Shown: piece by piece, positions 37,851-47,664 of the stretch | How the letters are laid out: each line of letters begins with the position of its first letter | Position numbering within the stretch: position 1 is the stretch's first letter | Sequence record: PP496438.1 | Length of the DNA stretch: 64,000 nucleotides | Direction: 5' to 3' (one strand) | The notes under the pieces: model-generated | What the model was told of the DNA's origin: nothing | What the model saw: the letters and a program-made list of their open reading frames with translations, nothing else | Database searches by the model: none | Made by a program: the position numbers and the translations under genes

Positions 37851-39053
37851 ATGGCTCGCAGTAGCGAAGTAACCGTACCCAAGAAAGCAACGATCAAGGA
37901 GCGCCAGCTCGATCTCAAGTACCGCCCGTGGCAGTGGTCTGACGTCGTTGGGCATGCACCCGTTCTCAACGAACTTAAGACCATCGTCAAGAATTCAGGC
38001 AAGCAGTTGCCAGCGGTACTGGGGTTCTTCGGCGAGTCCGGTCGCGGTAAGACCACACTGGCCCGCATGATGGCGACCTACCTGAACTGTGCGACAGATG
38101 ACGCGTGTGGTGAGTGTGAGTCGTGCACCTTGATGATCGACAACCGGCATCCTGACTACAAAGAAATAAACATGGCCGAGATCGGCACTGACGAAGTGGG
38201 CGCCATCGTCAACAATGCCAACTTCAAGCCTCGGTTCAAAACCCGCATCATCTTCCTTGACGAAATCCACAAGATCAAGTCTCAGGCCGCGATGGATAAG
38301 CTTCTCAAGCCGATGGAAGAACCGCCGGTTGGCACCATGTGGATCATCGCGACCAACCTGCCGGAAAAGATCCCGAATAACAAAGCGGTGATCGGTCGTG
38401 CACTGTCCCTCTGGCTGAATGCCCCGACGCCGGAAGAAATCTCCAAGCGCTTGCTGGCGATTGCCAAGCTGGAGAAGGTGGAGTGGATCACCAGCGAGAT
38501 GACCAACACGCTGGCGCAGAACTGCAACGCTCAGGTACGTAACTCGGTCAAGTCGCTGGAACGTCTGATCAACGCTGGTACGGAGTTCTTCTCCAATGAC
38601 CGCAAAGCCAAGCGCACCGGGAAGATCGATAAGAAGTCGCTGGATGTCATGCTCAGCAGCATCACGTCTGCGGGTATCGGTGAGGACGCCGAGGTCAACC
38701 AGCTGGCATCCGATCTGTTGCTGGCGTTGTACACCAGTGATCCGGGCAAGGCCATGGTCGCCATCATGTCCTGCAAGGATCAGGTAAAGCTGGTCAACTC
38801 CATGATGTACCTGAACCAGTACGTGATGGCCGTGCAGTTCACGCAGCGCTGCCCCGGCATCTGGCATTCGGACACCAACAAGGCGTTCGCGTCGCTGGTC
38901 AAGAAAGCCTGCAAGGGCAACATCCCGGCAAACGAGCTGGGCATGCTGCATAAGGCAATCATCGATCTGCGTATGGCAGTGGTCAGCGGCAACGTAGACG
39001 CCACCCAGCACATGATCGCCGGTTGCATGAACCTTATGCTTCCACCGGAGTAA
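37851..39053 (+). CDS. Clamp loader AAA+ subunit (DnaX gamma/tau-like)
   Basis: KYRP..DVVGH, GESGRGKTT, CGECESC, FLDEIH, LLKPMEEPP. Confidence 0.9.
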   Translation: MARSSEVTVPKKATIKERQLDLKYRPWQWSDVVGHAPVLNELKTIVKNSGKQLPAVLGFFGESGRGKTTLARMMATYLNCATDDACGECESCTLMIDNRHPDYKEINMAEIGTDEVGAIVNNANFKPRFKTRIIFLDEIHKIKSQAAMDKLLKPMEEPPVGTMWIIATNLPEKIPNNKAVIGRALSLWLNAPTPEEISKRLLAIAKLEKVEWITSEMTNTLAQNCNAQVRNSVKSLERLINAGTEFFSNDRKAKRTGKIDKKSLDVMLSSITSAGIGEDAEVNQLASDLLLALYTSDPGKAMVAIMSCKDQVKLVNSMMYLNQYVMAVQFTQRCPGIWHSDTNKAFASLVKKACKGNIPANELGMLHKAIIDLRMAVVSGNVDATQHMIAGCMNLMLPPE

Positions 39054-39057
39054 GGCC

Positions 39058-39561
39058 ATGATCGCCGCGCTGCATGTAAGTAAAGACGGGACTACTGAGA
39101 TCCCAAAGGATGACGATGACTTAGGTTTGCTAAATCTTCGGCATATTCATCCGAAGAAAACAGGCCGAAGCGTTGCATTCAATATCTCACGGGCCGCGAA
39201 TTATTTCTGGGTTAACCTCCTACCGGCAAGGCATAACGATCCGGGATTGATCCCCCGGTTGACCGAATGCCTGCGTTGCCGCTTGCACGACATGCAGACG
39301 TACCGCTGGCTGTCGGGGTTCAAGGTTCACGTCTTCGATAGCTATCGCGTCAAGCGGCATGGACCTCTGCGTGCTGACATCGAGTTCACCTGTTCGACAA
39401 CGGGGTTGACGGTCACTAAGTCTTTCTTCGCCAGCACCGGGCGGCTGTTGAACTCTGTGGCGGCTCACGCAATCGCCCGAGGCTACACCGTGATCGAATT
39501 CAGCCGGGACTACGAACTAGACCGGCATTACGTCCACCTCAACTTGATCGGGGAACTGTAA
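39058..39561 (+). CDS. Hypothetical protein
   Basis: Operonic ORF. Confidence 0.5.
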   Translation: MIAALHVSKDGTTEIPKDDDDLGLLNLRHIHPKKTGRSVAFNISRAANYFWVNLLPARHNDPGLIPRLTECLRCRLHDMQTYRWLSGFKVHVFDSYRVKRHGPLRADIEFTCSTTGLTVTKSFFASTGRLLNSVAAHAIARGYTVIEFSRDYELDRHYVHLNLIGEL

Positions 39562-40013
39562 TGGCAGATGAATTGAAACGGGAGATGGTGCCAGCGTATA
39601 AGTTCGACACGCTGGTGGCTCACTCCCAAGCGCAGGAAGAGATGATCGCCAAGCTGACGGCGCGAAACAACCACCTGGAGCTGTACGCTCGTAACGACGT
39701 GTGGCACTGGCAGAAGGACGGTGGCAACTTCCTCGAAAGCTTGACGTGCCCCGTCGTGATCGACCCCGCTGACCTGCGGGCATTCCTGCTTGAGAACAAT
39801 AACGCTGCCCGCTTGAAGAATGTCGCTGACCAGTTCGAAGCGTTTCTGGCAGATGAGAAGCTCAAAAAGGACGACCTTCAGGAACAGCTGACTCGTATGG
39901 CAACTCTGGCCAACACTTTGGTGGAGTCAGGTGCTGGATGCGACCACCCGCACTTCTTGGAGTTGATGGACGCCATCGAATTCACCCTCACTGGAAAGGT
40001 AACGCCAGTATGA
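39561..40013 (+). CDS. Hypothetical coiled-coil protein
   Basis: TAATG overlap. Confidence 0.6.
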   Translation: MADELKREMVPAYKFDTLVAHSQAQEEMIAKLTARNNHLELYARNDVWHWQKDGGNFLESLTCPVVIDPADLRAFLLENNNAARLKNVADQFEAFLADEKLKKDDLQEQLTRMATLANTLVESGAGCDHPHFLELMDAIEFTLTGKVTPV

Positions 40014-40213
40014 GCAACCAGACGATCTTTGAAGCTGCACAGAACTCAGCGGCCCAGCATCAACGTAACCGCCCGGCGCCAGACTCCAAGCTGGATCGTG
40101 TTCGGCAGGCTATGAGTTGGTGGAACGGTCAGACGCCGGATGTGCGTCAGGTTATGCGAGCGCACTCCAATCTTATCACATCTACCGATGTGACCAACTT
40201 CTACTGGGGCTAG
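40010..40213 (+). CDS. Hypothetical protein
   Basis: ATGA overlap; AAGG SD. Confidence 0.55.
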   Translation: MSNQTIFEAAQNSAAQHQRNRPAPDSKLDRVRQAMSWWNGQTPDVRQVMRAHSNLITSTDVTNFYWG

Positions 40214-40215
40214 CC

Positions 40216-40563
40216 ATGGACAGGTCAGCACGAGACGCGTACCTAACTTACGCGGAGAAAGGGGAAACGCTTAAGGTTCACATTATCCACAAACCGATAC
40301 CGGGTGAACCTGATTTCTACAAGCAGAGCCGTTCCATTGAGGCCTTCGCTTCACGTAACGGGCCGACGGATAAACGGTATGATACCTTCTGGTACTATCG
40401 GCAGTGGAAAGCAGACTTCGAAGGCGGTGAGAAGTTCAGAAGAGGTTGCTACGAGATTGACCCCGGCCCCCTTCCCGAAGTGCATCATTCCTCCGTGTGG
40501 GAGTTCTACACTTCCATCGGCTGGGACCACAGGGCTAAGAAATTCGTTGAGGCCGCAGCATGA
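40216..40563 (+). CDS. Hypothetical protein (paralog of next gene)
   Basis: W..RQ...DF..LP...H....EF...I.WD shared with next gene. Confidence 0.6.
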   Translation: MDRSARDAYLTYAEKGETLKVHIIHKPIPGEPDFYKQSRSIEAFASRNGPTDKRYDTFWYYRQWKADFEGGEKFRRGCYEIDPGPLPEVHHSSVWEFYTSIGWDHRAKKFVEAAA

Positions 40564-40952
40564 ACCGGCCTTACTACGTAACCAAGTTCGAAGACGGGGA
40601 GCCCAAAGAGGTTCACGTGGTGCCCGTTCCGTTGGCTCCCGGCGACCTGGGATTCCGTAAGCAGATCCACTTCTTCGATGAGTTCAAGCTAGCCAATGCA
40701 CCGGGGCGTCGTCCAGGTAGTACGCAATGGTGGCGTCGGCAGATGGAGGATGACTTTCTCTCTTCGGACCGGGACCGTCGGCGTAGTCAGGAGATCTCCA
40801 AGCAGGAAGTTACTGACCTTCCCACGATCACCCACGCTGGTCTGTATGAGTTCTTCCTGCACATCCAGTGGGACTACGGCTCGCGAGAATTCAAAGGCGA
40901 CCGACCTCAATCAACAGTGATCCTATCGGACTCTTGGGGTCGTAACTACTAA
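40560..40952 (+). CDS. Hypothetical protein (paralog of previous gene)
   Basis: ATGA overlap; shared motif. Confidence 0.6.
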   Translation: MNRPYYVTKFEDGEPKEVHVVPVPLAPGDLGFRKQIHFFDEFKLANAPGRRPGSTQWWRRQMEDDFLSSDRDRRRSQEISKQEVTDLPTITHAGLYEFFLHIQWDYGSREFKGDRPQSTVILSDSWGRNY

Positions 40953-40962
40953 AGGAAGATGT

Positions 40963-41424
40963 ATGACCATAAAGATTGGGGAATTCGAGATACGATCCAA
41001 CCAATGGGTGTGCCATCCGGAGACGTGTAACCACGACAGCCACCCCGCCTACATGATCACCTACCGAGGTAAGTCGTATCGAAACGCTGACTCGGAGGAA
41101 GAGGCTCGGAAGCTCATAGATTCCGACATCGCGAACGGGGCTGACAAGGTGTTGGACAGCCTATTCCATAAAGGTGAGTCTGTCTACCCGCAGGAGGACC
41201 TCAAAGGGTTCGTATGGGAGTCAGTAGCCCCACCGGATTCCACGCATCTGAAACCGACTCCACTATCCTTCTACGAGCAGGAGTTGGTTAGTCTGCTAGC
41301 TGACGCGTGGAACAAGTTCATCTTGCTCCCGGAGGAACACCCCAACGACCGGGAGACTTTCTGCAACCGGATTAATGAACTCCAGAACATGGTCATGTGC
41401 CGTCCTGTGCGGCGAACCAGATGA
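40963..41424 (+). CDS. Hypothetical protein
   Basis: AAGGA SD. Confidence 0.6.
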   Translation: MTIKIGEFEIRSNQWVCHPETCNHDSHPAYMITYRGKSYRNADSEEEARKLIDSDIANGADKVLDSLFHKGESVYPQEDLKGFVWESVAPPDSTHLKPTPLSFYEQELVSLLADAWNKFILLPEEHPNDRETFCNRINELQNMVMCRPVRRTR

Positions 41425-41437
41425 GTAAGGAAGACGT

Positions 41438-41998
41438 ATGAAGATCAGCATCATTGCAGCAATGGGTAAGAACCGCGTCATCGGCAAGGACAACACGCTA
41501 CCGTGGCACGTACCCGCCGACCTGAAACGCTTCAAGGATCTGACCATGGGCAAGCCAGTGGTCATGGGGCGTAACACCTGGGATTCCCTGCCGGACAAGG
41601 TACGTCCACTTCCCGGCCGTCTCAACATCATCCTGTCCAACACCCTCCCGGCGGGCACAGACGTTCATGGCACGGTAGTGTGTCCCAACTTTTCAGGTGT
41701 ACTTCGATACCTGCAGTTAATACAGGAAAAGTATCACTCAATGCAAGTTGACCCTGAGATCCTATATGCGTGGAACCTGTCCGAAGTGTTCATCATCGGG
41801 GGTGCTCAGGTATACAGCCATCTACTGGAATACGATCTGGTGGACAAGATGTACCTGACGTTCGTGGAACAGGACGTGCCTGACGGTGACGCTTTCTTCC
41901 CTGAGTTCAACCGGATGGACTGGTGCGTCACGGAGTCCGATGTGGACTACTCTGACCGCACCCTGTTCAAGGTGTTCGAACGCCGGGGCGAGCGATGA
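41438..41998 (+). CDS. folA: Dihydrofolate reductase
   Basis: IIAAMGKNRVIG..LPWHVPADLKRFK..MGRNTW..PLPGR.NI..IGGAQVY..GDAFFP. Confidence 0.96.
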   Translation: MKISIIAAMGKNRVIGKDNTLPWHVPADLKRFKDLTMGKPVVMGRNTWDSLPDKVRPLPGRLNIILSNTLPAGTDVHGTVVCPNFSGVLRYLQLIQEKYHSMQVDPEILYAWNLSEVFIIGGAQVYSHLLEYDLVDKMYLTFVEQDVPDGDAFFPEFNRMDWCVTESDVDYSDRTLFKVFERRGER

Positions 41999-42309
41999 AC
42001 AAGGAGATCCTTGACCGTATTCTGGCACAGACTTCCATGTTCCAGCATTCCCAAGAGATGGATAGGTTGAACGCCACCATCGAGCACAACGATCTGAAGT
42101 TCCTGTTCAACTTCAAGACCAAGGAACTCAAGGTTGTCAACGAGGACGAACTGGGCTACATCTTCGCCAGCCGTAAGCATTCATGGCTCGTCTTGCACAG
42201 TTTCCCAGAATACCTGAGGCTGCTACGGGACCACGGCAAGTTCGAAACCATCTGGATGGTGATAAAGCCTATCCTTGACCGTTATCCACCACCGCCACCT
42301 AAGAGTTAA
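41995..42309 (+). CDS. Hypothetical protein
   Basis: ATGA overlap. Confidence 0.55.
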   Translation: MNKEILDRILAQTSMFQHSQEMDRLNATIEHNDLKFLFNFKTKELKVVNEDELGYIFASRKHSWLVLHSFPEYLRLLRDHGKFETIWMVIKPILDRYPPPPPKS

Positions 42310-42313
42310 CCTC

Positions 42314-42877
42314 ATGATCAACGACTGGATCATCACCCACTCTGGCAAGCGCTTCGAACTGGCCGACCCCAAGCCGGAGATGGTGTGCATAGAAGACATT
42401 GCCATCGCGCTGTCCCGGCAGACGCGCTTCAACGGTCACTGCACTATGTTCTACTCCGTGGCCTATCATTCCTACCTGATTGCCAAGCAGTTGCCCGACC
42501 GTCTGAAGCTGGAAGGTTTGTTGCATGATGCGGCGGAAGCCTATATCGGCGATATCAGCAGTCCGCTCAAGAAGATCATCAAAGCGCACTGGCCGGGATT
42601 CAAGGCATTCGAAACCCGTATCGAGGAAGTTATCTTCGAAGCACTGGGCGTACAGTTGACCAACGATCCTCTCATCAAGGAAGCCGACCTTCGCATACTG
42701 GCGAACGAGCATGATCTCTTGATGCCGCAGACGGAACACGAATGGTCGATGTTGAAGGGGGTCGTACCCTTCGAGGGGATCCACTTCGACGACCCGTGTG
42801 ACACACCTGGTCATATGGAAGAGATGACCCGGAAGTTTATGAGCGCCTTTCACGTGTACAAAGGGAACCGGGGATAA
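42314..42877 (+). CDS. HD-domain 5'-deoxynucleotidase-like (YfbR-like) phosphohydrolase
   Basis: IEDIAIALS...RFNGH..YSVAYHS..LLHDAAEAYIGD..SPLK..AD. Confidence 0.85.
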   Translation: MINDWIITHSGKRFELADPKPEMVCIEDIAIALSRQTRFNGHCTMFYSVAYHSYLIAKQLPDRLKLEGLLHDAAEAYIGDISSPLKKIIKAHWPGFKAFETRIEEVIFEALGVQLTNDPLIKEADLRILANEHDLLMPQTEHEWSMLKGVVPFEGIHFDDPCDTPGHMEEMTRKFMSAFHVYKGNRG

Positions 42878-43086
42878 TGTGGCGCAAGATCCTAGTCGTG
42901 ATAGGCCTGCTGCTGGTTATGAGCGGGCTTGTCTACGCCAACACCGTCTTCGGTGGAGCGTCCAGTATCAGAACCGTGATAGTCTCCCTACTGTTCACCC
43001 TCGGTGCAGTTCTCGCTATCCTTACCACGGAAAAGGTATGGATGGCCATTGACAAGAGTAAGGATACGCGTAATGGGAAAAGCTAA
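42877..43086 (+). CDS. Small two-TM membrane protein
   Basis: TAATG overlap; hydrophobic. Confidence 0.6.
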   Translation: MWRKILVVIGLLLVMSGLVYANTVFGGASSIRTVIVSLLFTLGAVLAILTTEKVWMAIDKSKDTRNGKS

Positions 43087-43267
43087 GTGGGTTATCTGTT
43101 CGATTGGGGTTCTGGTAGTTTGTCTCATCCTGTACCTTGTTCACGTGAAGGTTGACCTTGACACGAATAGAGGTCAAGTGGCTAGCTTGTTCTTCCTGAT
43201 AGCTATAGCCCTGACCCTTATCTCCACGTTGAAGGCACTGGAACTGGTTGACGAAATGCGCCGGTAA
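43073..43267 (+). CDS. Small two-TM membrane protein
   Basis: AAGGA SD; hydrophobic. Confidence 0.6.
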   Translation: MGKAKWVICSIGVLVVCLILYLVHVKVDLDTNRGQVASLFFLIAIALTLISTLKALELVDEMRR

Positions 43268-43301
43268 ATAAGCCGTATATGATTCATCTTAGGATAGTGC
43301 C

Positions 43302-45767
43302 GTGAACACTCTTCATTCGCTCGAACTCAACAACGTCATCTACATCGAGGAAGCCACGCTCGATCTGGATTACGAAGGCATCACTTGGATCACCGGTAAG
43401 AACCTGAACGCCAAGCTCAAAGGCCGGAACAACGGTGCGGGCAAATCTCTGCTCGTATCTCCACTGGCCCAGCTGATGGCTAACAGCCTGCCGACGCAGG
43501 AAAAGGGTCAGCGGTCATCCAAGAACGCCTTCTACCAAAACGGCACTTCGACCGTCCTGACTCAGACCGTCAAAGGAATCACCTATCGTTCCACGAAGTC
43601 CATGGCCAAGAACAAGGTGTCGTGGACCGTGGCGCAGAAGAACGGTGCCGGTAAGTTCGTAGATATGGAATTCGCAACCCCAAGCAAGGCGGAAGCTTTC
43701 GCGTTGGGGCTTTGTGCGTTGTCCAATGAAGAAGTGTTCAGCACGGTATACCTGGATAGTCGTAAGCCCTTCGTGATGGTCACCGGCACGCCGACCGAAC
43801 GCTTCAACTACATCTCCAACTTGTTCCGGTTGGAAGATTACGACCGCATTCGTCAGATGGCACTGGACGACTTGGCCGCAGTCAACAAGCAAGAGGTGGA
43901 ACTGACCACCCTGCGGGAGACGTACGAGGGCACCGTAGTCAACCCTACTGATCTGCGCAAGTGGAAGAAGCTGCATACCCGCAAGCTGGCGGAAGCAACG
44001 GCAGCACGTGCAGAAGCCGACGTCCTACGCTCCCACGTGGACGCTATTAAGGTGTACCTCAAGTACAAGGACGACATCGAACTGCTCGACGTTGACCTGA
44101 AAGCGTTGAAGCGCCAGTGGGCCAGTCACACGAAGCAGAAGCGTGCGTACGAAGACTATCAGTCTATCATGGCTGAGGGCAAGACCGCCAAACGCTCGCT
44201 AGAAAAGCTGGAGCGCAAGGAAGGTGAGTTCCTCATTCGTCTGAAGGAACTGTGCAACCGGGTGTCCGTTCCCTTCTCGTTGAAGGATGATCCGCAGGAG
44301 GTCATGAACGCACTGGTCAAGGTGTTGGACACTGCCCACAACCTGATGTGCGATCAGGAAGGACTGGTAGAGACGCTGGACACCGAGCGACTGACCCTTG
44401 AAGATGGATATATCAAAGTGCAGGACGCCGACAAGGCTCTGCGCATTGCCAAGCGCAAGCTGAAAGGTAAGCCTACGCAGAAAGAGGTGTATGGCGAGCA
44501 ACGGGTGACAGAGCATCGTATCGTGGAGCTGCGCAAGCATCTCGATGCCCACAACGATGGCAAGTGCACCACCTGCGGCCACTCGTACCCGGCCCGTAAA
44601 GCCAAGAAGGACCTGCGGGTGCTGGAGGATCGACTGGCCGAACTGGATCTGTTGGCACGTCAGCACGACAAGTACGAGAAGGCAAGTAAGGAACGCGACA
44701 AACTGTATGAAGGTACCGCCAAGAAGCTAGACTCTGAACTAGACAAGCTGGTTGAGAGTCTGGTAGTGGCTCAGAGTGTACTGAACAAGATGAAGGATGA
44801 GCTGGCCGCTTCCGGCTGGGAATCCTTTGCAGTCGCCGCAGATACAGTCAACGCCGACTGGCAGGACGACTGGGAAGACATTGCCAAGGACAAGTCCGCA
44901 CTGACCAAGCAGGCACGTGCTGCGCGTAAGGCGGTCAAGGTGGAGAAGCCTTCCACGGACCGCAAGCTGAAAGATACATTGATCCGTGCCGACAAGGTGC
45001 AGGACCACGCTGAACTCATTCGCTCCGGTGCGTCAATCGCCCAAGAGTACGAGGTGTCCGGCAAACCAATCTCCAGTATCCTGCGTAGTCTTGAGCGCGG
45101 CGTCAAACTGGCTGAGAACAGAGTCGCCAGTGCCAGCGTCAACGCGGGTAAATACGAAACGAAAGTGATGGAAGGTCAGCGCACCATCCGTCAGCTCGCC
45201 AAGGTCAAGCACCGCATCCGTGAACTCCGTGAGAACGTAAAGTTCAAGCGCAGTTATGAAGCGGTGGCAGACGCCTATGGCAAGAACGGGGTGAAGATGT
45301 CCCACGTGGATATCCTCTGCCAACGTATCAGCTCCAACCTGAACAAGTACTCCCATCTGTTGTTCCCGGAGAAATTCGAGTTCCAGATCGTGGTTGCCCC
45401 AAACACCTTCGACGTACTGGTCAAGCGCCCTACAGGTGAAGGACCAGCCAAGGTGTCGGACGCGTTGCACTTGTCCGGATCGGAAGGTCGTTCGTTCCAG
45501 CTGCTATGGCTGATCTCCGTGTTGCCGTTCCTGCCCGCCGAGCGTAGGTACAACGTAGCCATCCTCGACGAGATGGAAGCGACCATGGATGAACCGAGCC
45601 GAGAGCTGATGATCCGTGACTTCCTGCCGGTGTTGAACAAGATAATTCCGCACATCGTCTTCATTAGCCCCAACTCTGACAACACACCGGGTCACAACTA
45701 TCGTCATCTGGAAGTGGTCAAGAAGGGTAAAACTTCCACCGTACACCTTATCAACGAGGTAGCCTAA
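43302..45767 (+). CDS. SbcC/Rad50/gp46-like SMC ATPase
   Basis: NGAGKS, coiled coil with CTTC zinc hook, LSGSE signature, ILDE, ISPN. Confidence 0.9.
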   Translation: MNTLHSLELNNVIYIEEATLDLDYEGITWITGKNLNAKLKGRNNGAGKSLLVSPLAQLMANSLPTQEKGQRSSKNAFYQNGTSTVLTQTVKGITYRSTKSMAKNKVSWTVAQKNGAGKFVDMEFATPSKAEAFALGLCALSNEEVFSTVYLDSRKPFVMVTGTPTERFNYISNLFRLEDYDRIRQMALDDLAAVNKQEVELTTLRETYEGTVVNPTDLRKWKKLHTRKLAEATAARAEADVLRSHVDAIKVYLKYKDDIELLDVDLKALKRQWASHTKQKRAYEDYQSIMAEGKTAKRSLEKLERKEGEFLIRLKELCNRVSVPFSLKDDPQEVMNALVKVLDTAHNLMCDQEGLVETLDTERLTLEDGYIKVQDADKALRIAKRKLKGKPTQKEVYGEQRVTEHRIVELRKHLDAHNDGKCTTCGHSYPARKAKKDLRVLEDRLAELDLLARQHDKYEKASKERDKLYEGTAKKLDSELDKLVESLVVAQSVLNKMKDELAASGWESFAVAADTVNADWQDDWEDIAKDKSALTKQARAARKAVKVEKPSTDRKLKDTLIRADKVQDHAELIRSGASIAQEYEVSGKPISSILRSLERGVKLAENRVASASVNAGKYETKVMEGQRTIRQLAKVKHRIRELRENVKFKRSYEAVADAYGKNGVKMSHVDILCQRISSNLNKYSHLLFPEKFEFQIVVAPNTFDVLVKRPTGEGPAKVSDALHLSGSEGRSFQLLWLISVLPFLPAERRYNVAILDEMEATMDEPSRELMIRDFLPVLNKIIPHIVFISPNSDNTPGHNYRHLEVVKKGKTSTVHLINEVA

Positions 45768-45768
45768 T

Positions 45769-46065
45769 ATGGCCCACCCCAAAGCAACAAAACCTGATCC
45801 ACGGTTAGTGGATGATCTGGCGGCACACATGATTGCGTTCTCACGGGAGCAAAAGAACCCGGTGCGATTGGTCGGCAACCTTCACGGACGTAACTTCGTG
45901 TGGACACCGGGTGGCACCCTGTTCTGGCTACAGACCCCCGGAGCTACTATGCCGCGAGGGGAGTCCAAGCTGATCGTGGATGGGGATACACTAGACGGCG
46001 GTATGCGTATGAAGGTCTGTAAGGACGGGCACGCCACCGTGAATCAGGAGCCTCCTCATGGCTAG
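45769..46065 (+). CDS. Hypothetical protein
   Basis: GAGGT SD. Confidence 0.6.
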   Translation: MAHPKATKPDPRLVDDLAAHMIAFSREQKNPVRLVGNLHGRNFVWTPGGTLFWLQTPGATMPRGESKLIVDGDTLDGGMRMKVCKDGHATVNQEPPHG

Positions 46066-46234
46066 ACATCGCGGTCGTGCACAACCTGAACCCCGGCGTC
46101 CGGCGTCCTCCAAGATGAGTGAACTGCTCACCCTGAGCTATGCACGTCCGGGCAGCATCACCCTCATCTGCCGCTTCCGTGAGATCTTCGGCATGAACTA
46201 CAAGGAGGTCAAAGATGACCAACGCAAACGTTGA
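46058..46234 (+). CDS. 58-aa hypothetical protein (absent from ORF track)
   Basis: AGGAG SD; MARHRGRAQ...DDQRKR fills the gap. Confidence 0.5.
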   Translation: MARHRGRAQPEPRRPASSKMSELLTLSYARPGSITLICRFREIFGMNYKEVKDDQRKR

Positions 46235-46658
46235 AGCTCCAGACGGGTGCGGTGTCCTCCTTTTGGATGTCACCAGTCCAGACTTCGTCAAGTTTATGAG
46301 CTGCGGCCTGCGCTTCCTGCGTGAAGCCCGCCAGATCACATTCCCCACCCAAAAGCTGTGGGACCAGTTCTGCTTAGGGGAAGGCCGTCCCTTCACTCCG
46401 TGGGTGTCGTGGTTGCCGGAACCAATGGCCGAGATTCAGAAACTGGTCACGGGTAAGGTGGTAGCCACTGGCATCTTCGATACCCGGTCCTTCATCGAGG
46501 TACGTAAAGTCCCCGGCCTGAAGGATACCTGGATGCGCGTCATGTACGCTGAGAGCAAAGCCCGGACGTTCAACAGCCGGATCGAGGCACTGCGTGAATG
46601 CGGCACCAAACGGGACGACTGGTGGGATGAGGTTGTTGTCGGCTGGAAGGAGGCGTAA
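46215..46658 (+). CDS. Hypothetical protein
   Basis: AAGGAGGT SD. Confidence 0.65.
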   Translation: MTNANVEAPDGCGVLLLDVTSPDFVKFMSCGLRFLREARQITFPTQKLWDQFCLGEGRPFTPWVSWLPEPMAEIQKLVTGKVVATGIFDTRSFIEVRKVPGLKDTWMRVMYAESKARTFNSRIEALRECGTKRDDWWDEVVVGWKEA

Positions 46659-46660
46659 CC

Positions 46661-47191
46661 ATGGCTAAGGGAAAGACTGTCAAGTTCTACTTGGCCACCT
46701 CGTACGAGCTGCATGCTTCCGCCGAGTTGTACGTGAATTGGATCGAGAACAACTCGGATACCCAGCTCAAGAACACAGCGCGCTGGATCTGGGATGAAAA
46801 CGACACCGACCACGTGGCGCAGAAAGCCAAGATGGACTTCGAGGACATCGACAAGGCAGATGCCCTGATCGCCTTCTGGCCGTTCGGCAAAGGAACCAGC
46901 GCCGAGATTGCCTACGCGTACGCCAAGGGTTTGCAGATCATCATGTACATCCCGGAGGACTTCTACGACGAAGGGAAGATTGCGTGCATGCCGGTCGGCC
47001 TTGGTATCCCGCTGGAATACGCCGAATGGCATACAGGTGACGGTGGGCCGGATGAAAGCTCAGAGCCATGGGCGTCCGCTCGGTACCACCCCTGCCACTA
47101 CAGCAAGAAACTTCTACCCACCGAGCCAGTGATCGTCCACAACCTTAAAGGGCTGTCGTTCGCTCTAACGCTCCTTACCAAGAGACAGTAG
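46661..47191 (+). CDS. Nucleoside 2-deoxyribosyltransferase / dNMP N-glycosidase-like protein
   Basis: DFEDIDKADALI...GTSAEIAYAYAKG..I. Confidence 0.8.
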   Translation: MAKGKTVKFYLATSYELHASAELYVNWIENNSDTQLKNTARWIWDENDTDHVAQKAKMDFEDIDKADALIAFWPFGKGTSAEIAYAYAKGLQIIMYIPEDFYDEGKIACMPVGLGIPLEYAEWHTGDGGPDESSEPWASARYHPCHYSKKLLPTEPVIVHNLKGLSFALTLLTKRQ

Positions 47192-47193
47192 CC

Positions 47194-47664
47194 ATGACCA
47201 CCCGAGTCCGGCCACAAGGTACAGACATTCCGTTGTCCATTCGCTTCGGCGTGCGGGCAACCCTCTTGATGAACAACGTTGCGGCCGCTCTGGTTAAGTA
47301 CCGCAACAATGTCGTAGCTCTAGCCTTCGCCGGACTACTCGCGACGTGTACTTACCTTTATCTTGATAACAGCTGCATGCGCCGCTGGGAAGGTGTACCG
47401 GTACAGACCCGCTGGGCATGGGGTGAGTGCCAAGTAAAGGTAGATGAGCTGTGGCGTGAAGAAGGGTTCGCCGTCAACTACCTGAAAAGCAAGTTTGCAC
47501 GGGACGGATTCTTCATCCTGTCCAGTAGTGCCATCTACTCCGAGGAATTTCAAGAGCTGGATGTGCACAGCCGGGGAAAACACCTGGCACCCGATGTAAC
47601 CCCGGAACACTCACCTACCGATAAACCCGCAAAGGAACAACCCCATGCTTCTTCAAAACATTGA
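47194..47664 (+). CDS. Membrane-anchored hypothetical protein
   Basis: One TM segment; C..C pair. Confidence 0.5.
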   Translation: MTTRVRPQGTDIPLSIRFGVRATLLMNNVAAALVKYRNNVVALAFAGLLATCTYLYLDNSCMRRWEGVPVQTRWAWGECQVKVDELWREEGFAVNYLKSKFARDGFFILSSSAIYSEEFQELDVHSRGKHLAPDVTPEHSPTDKPAKEQPHASSKH

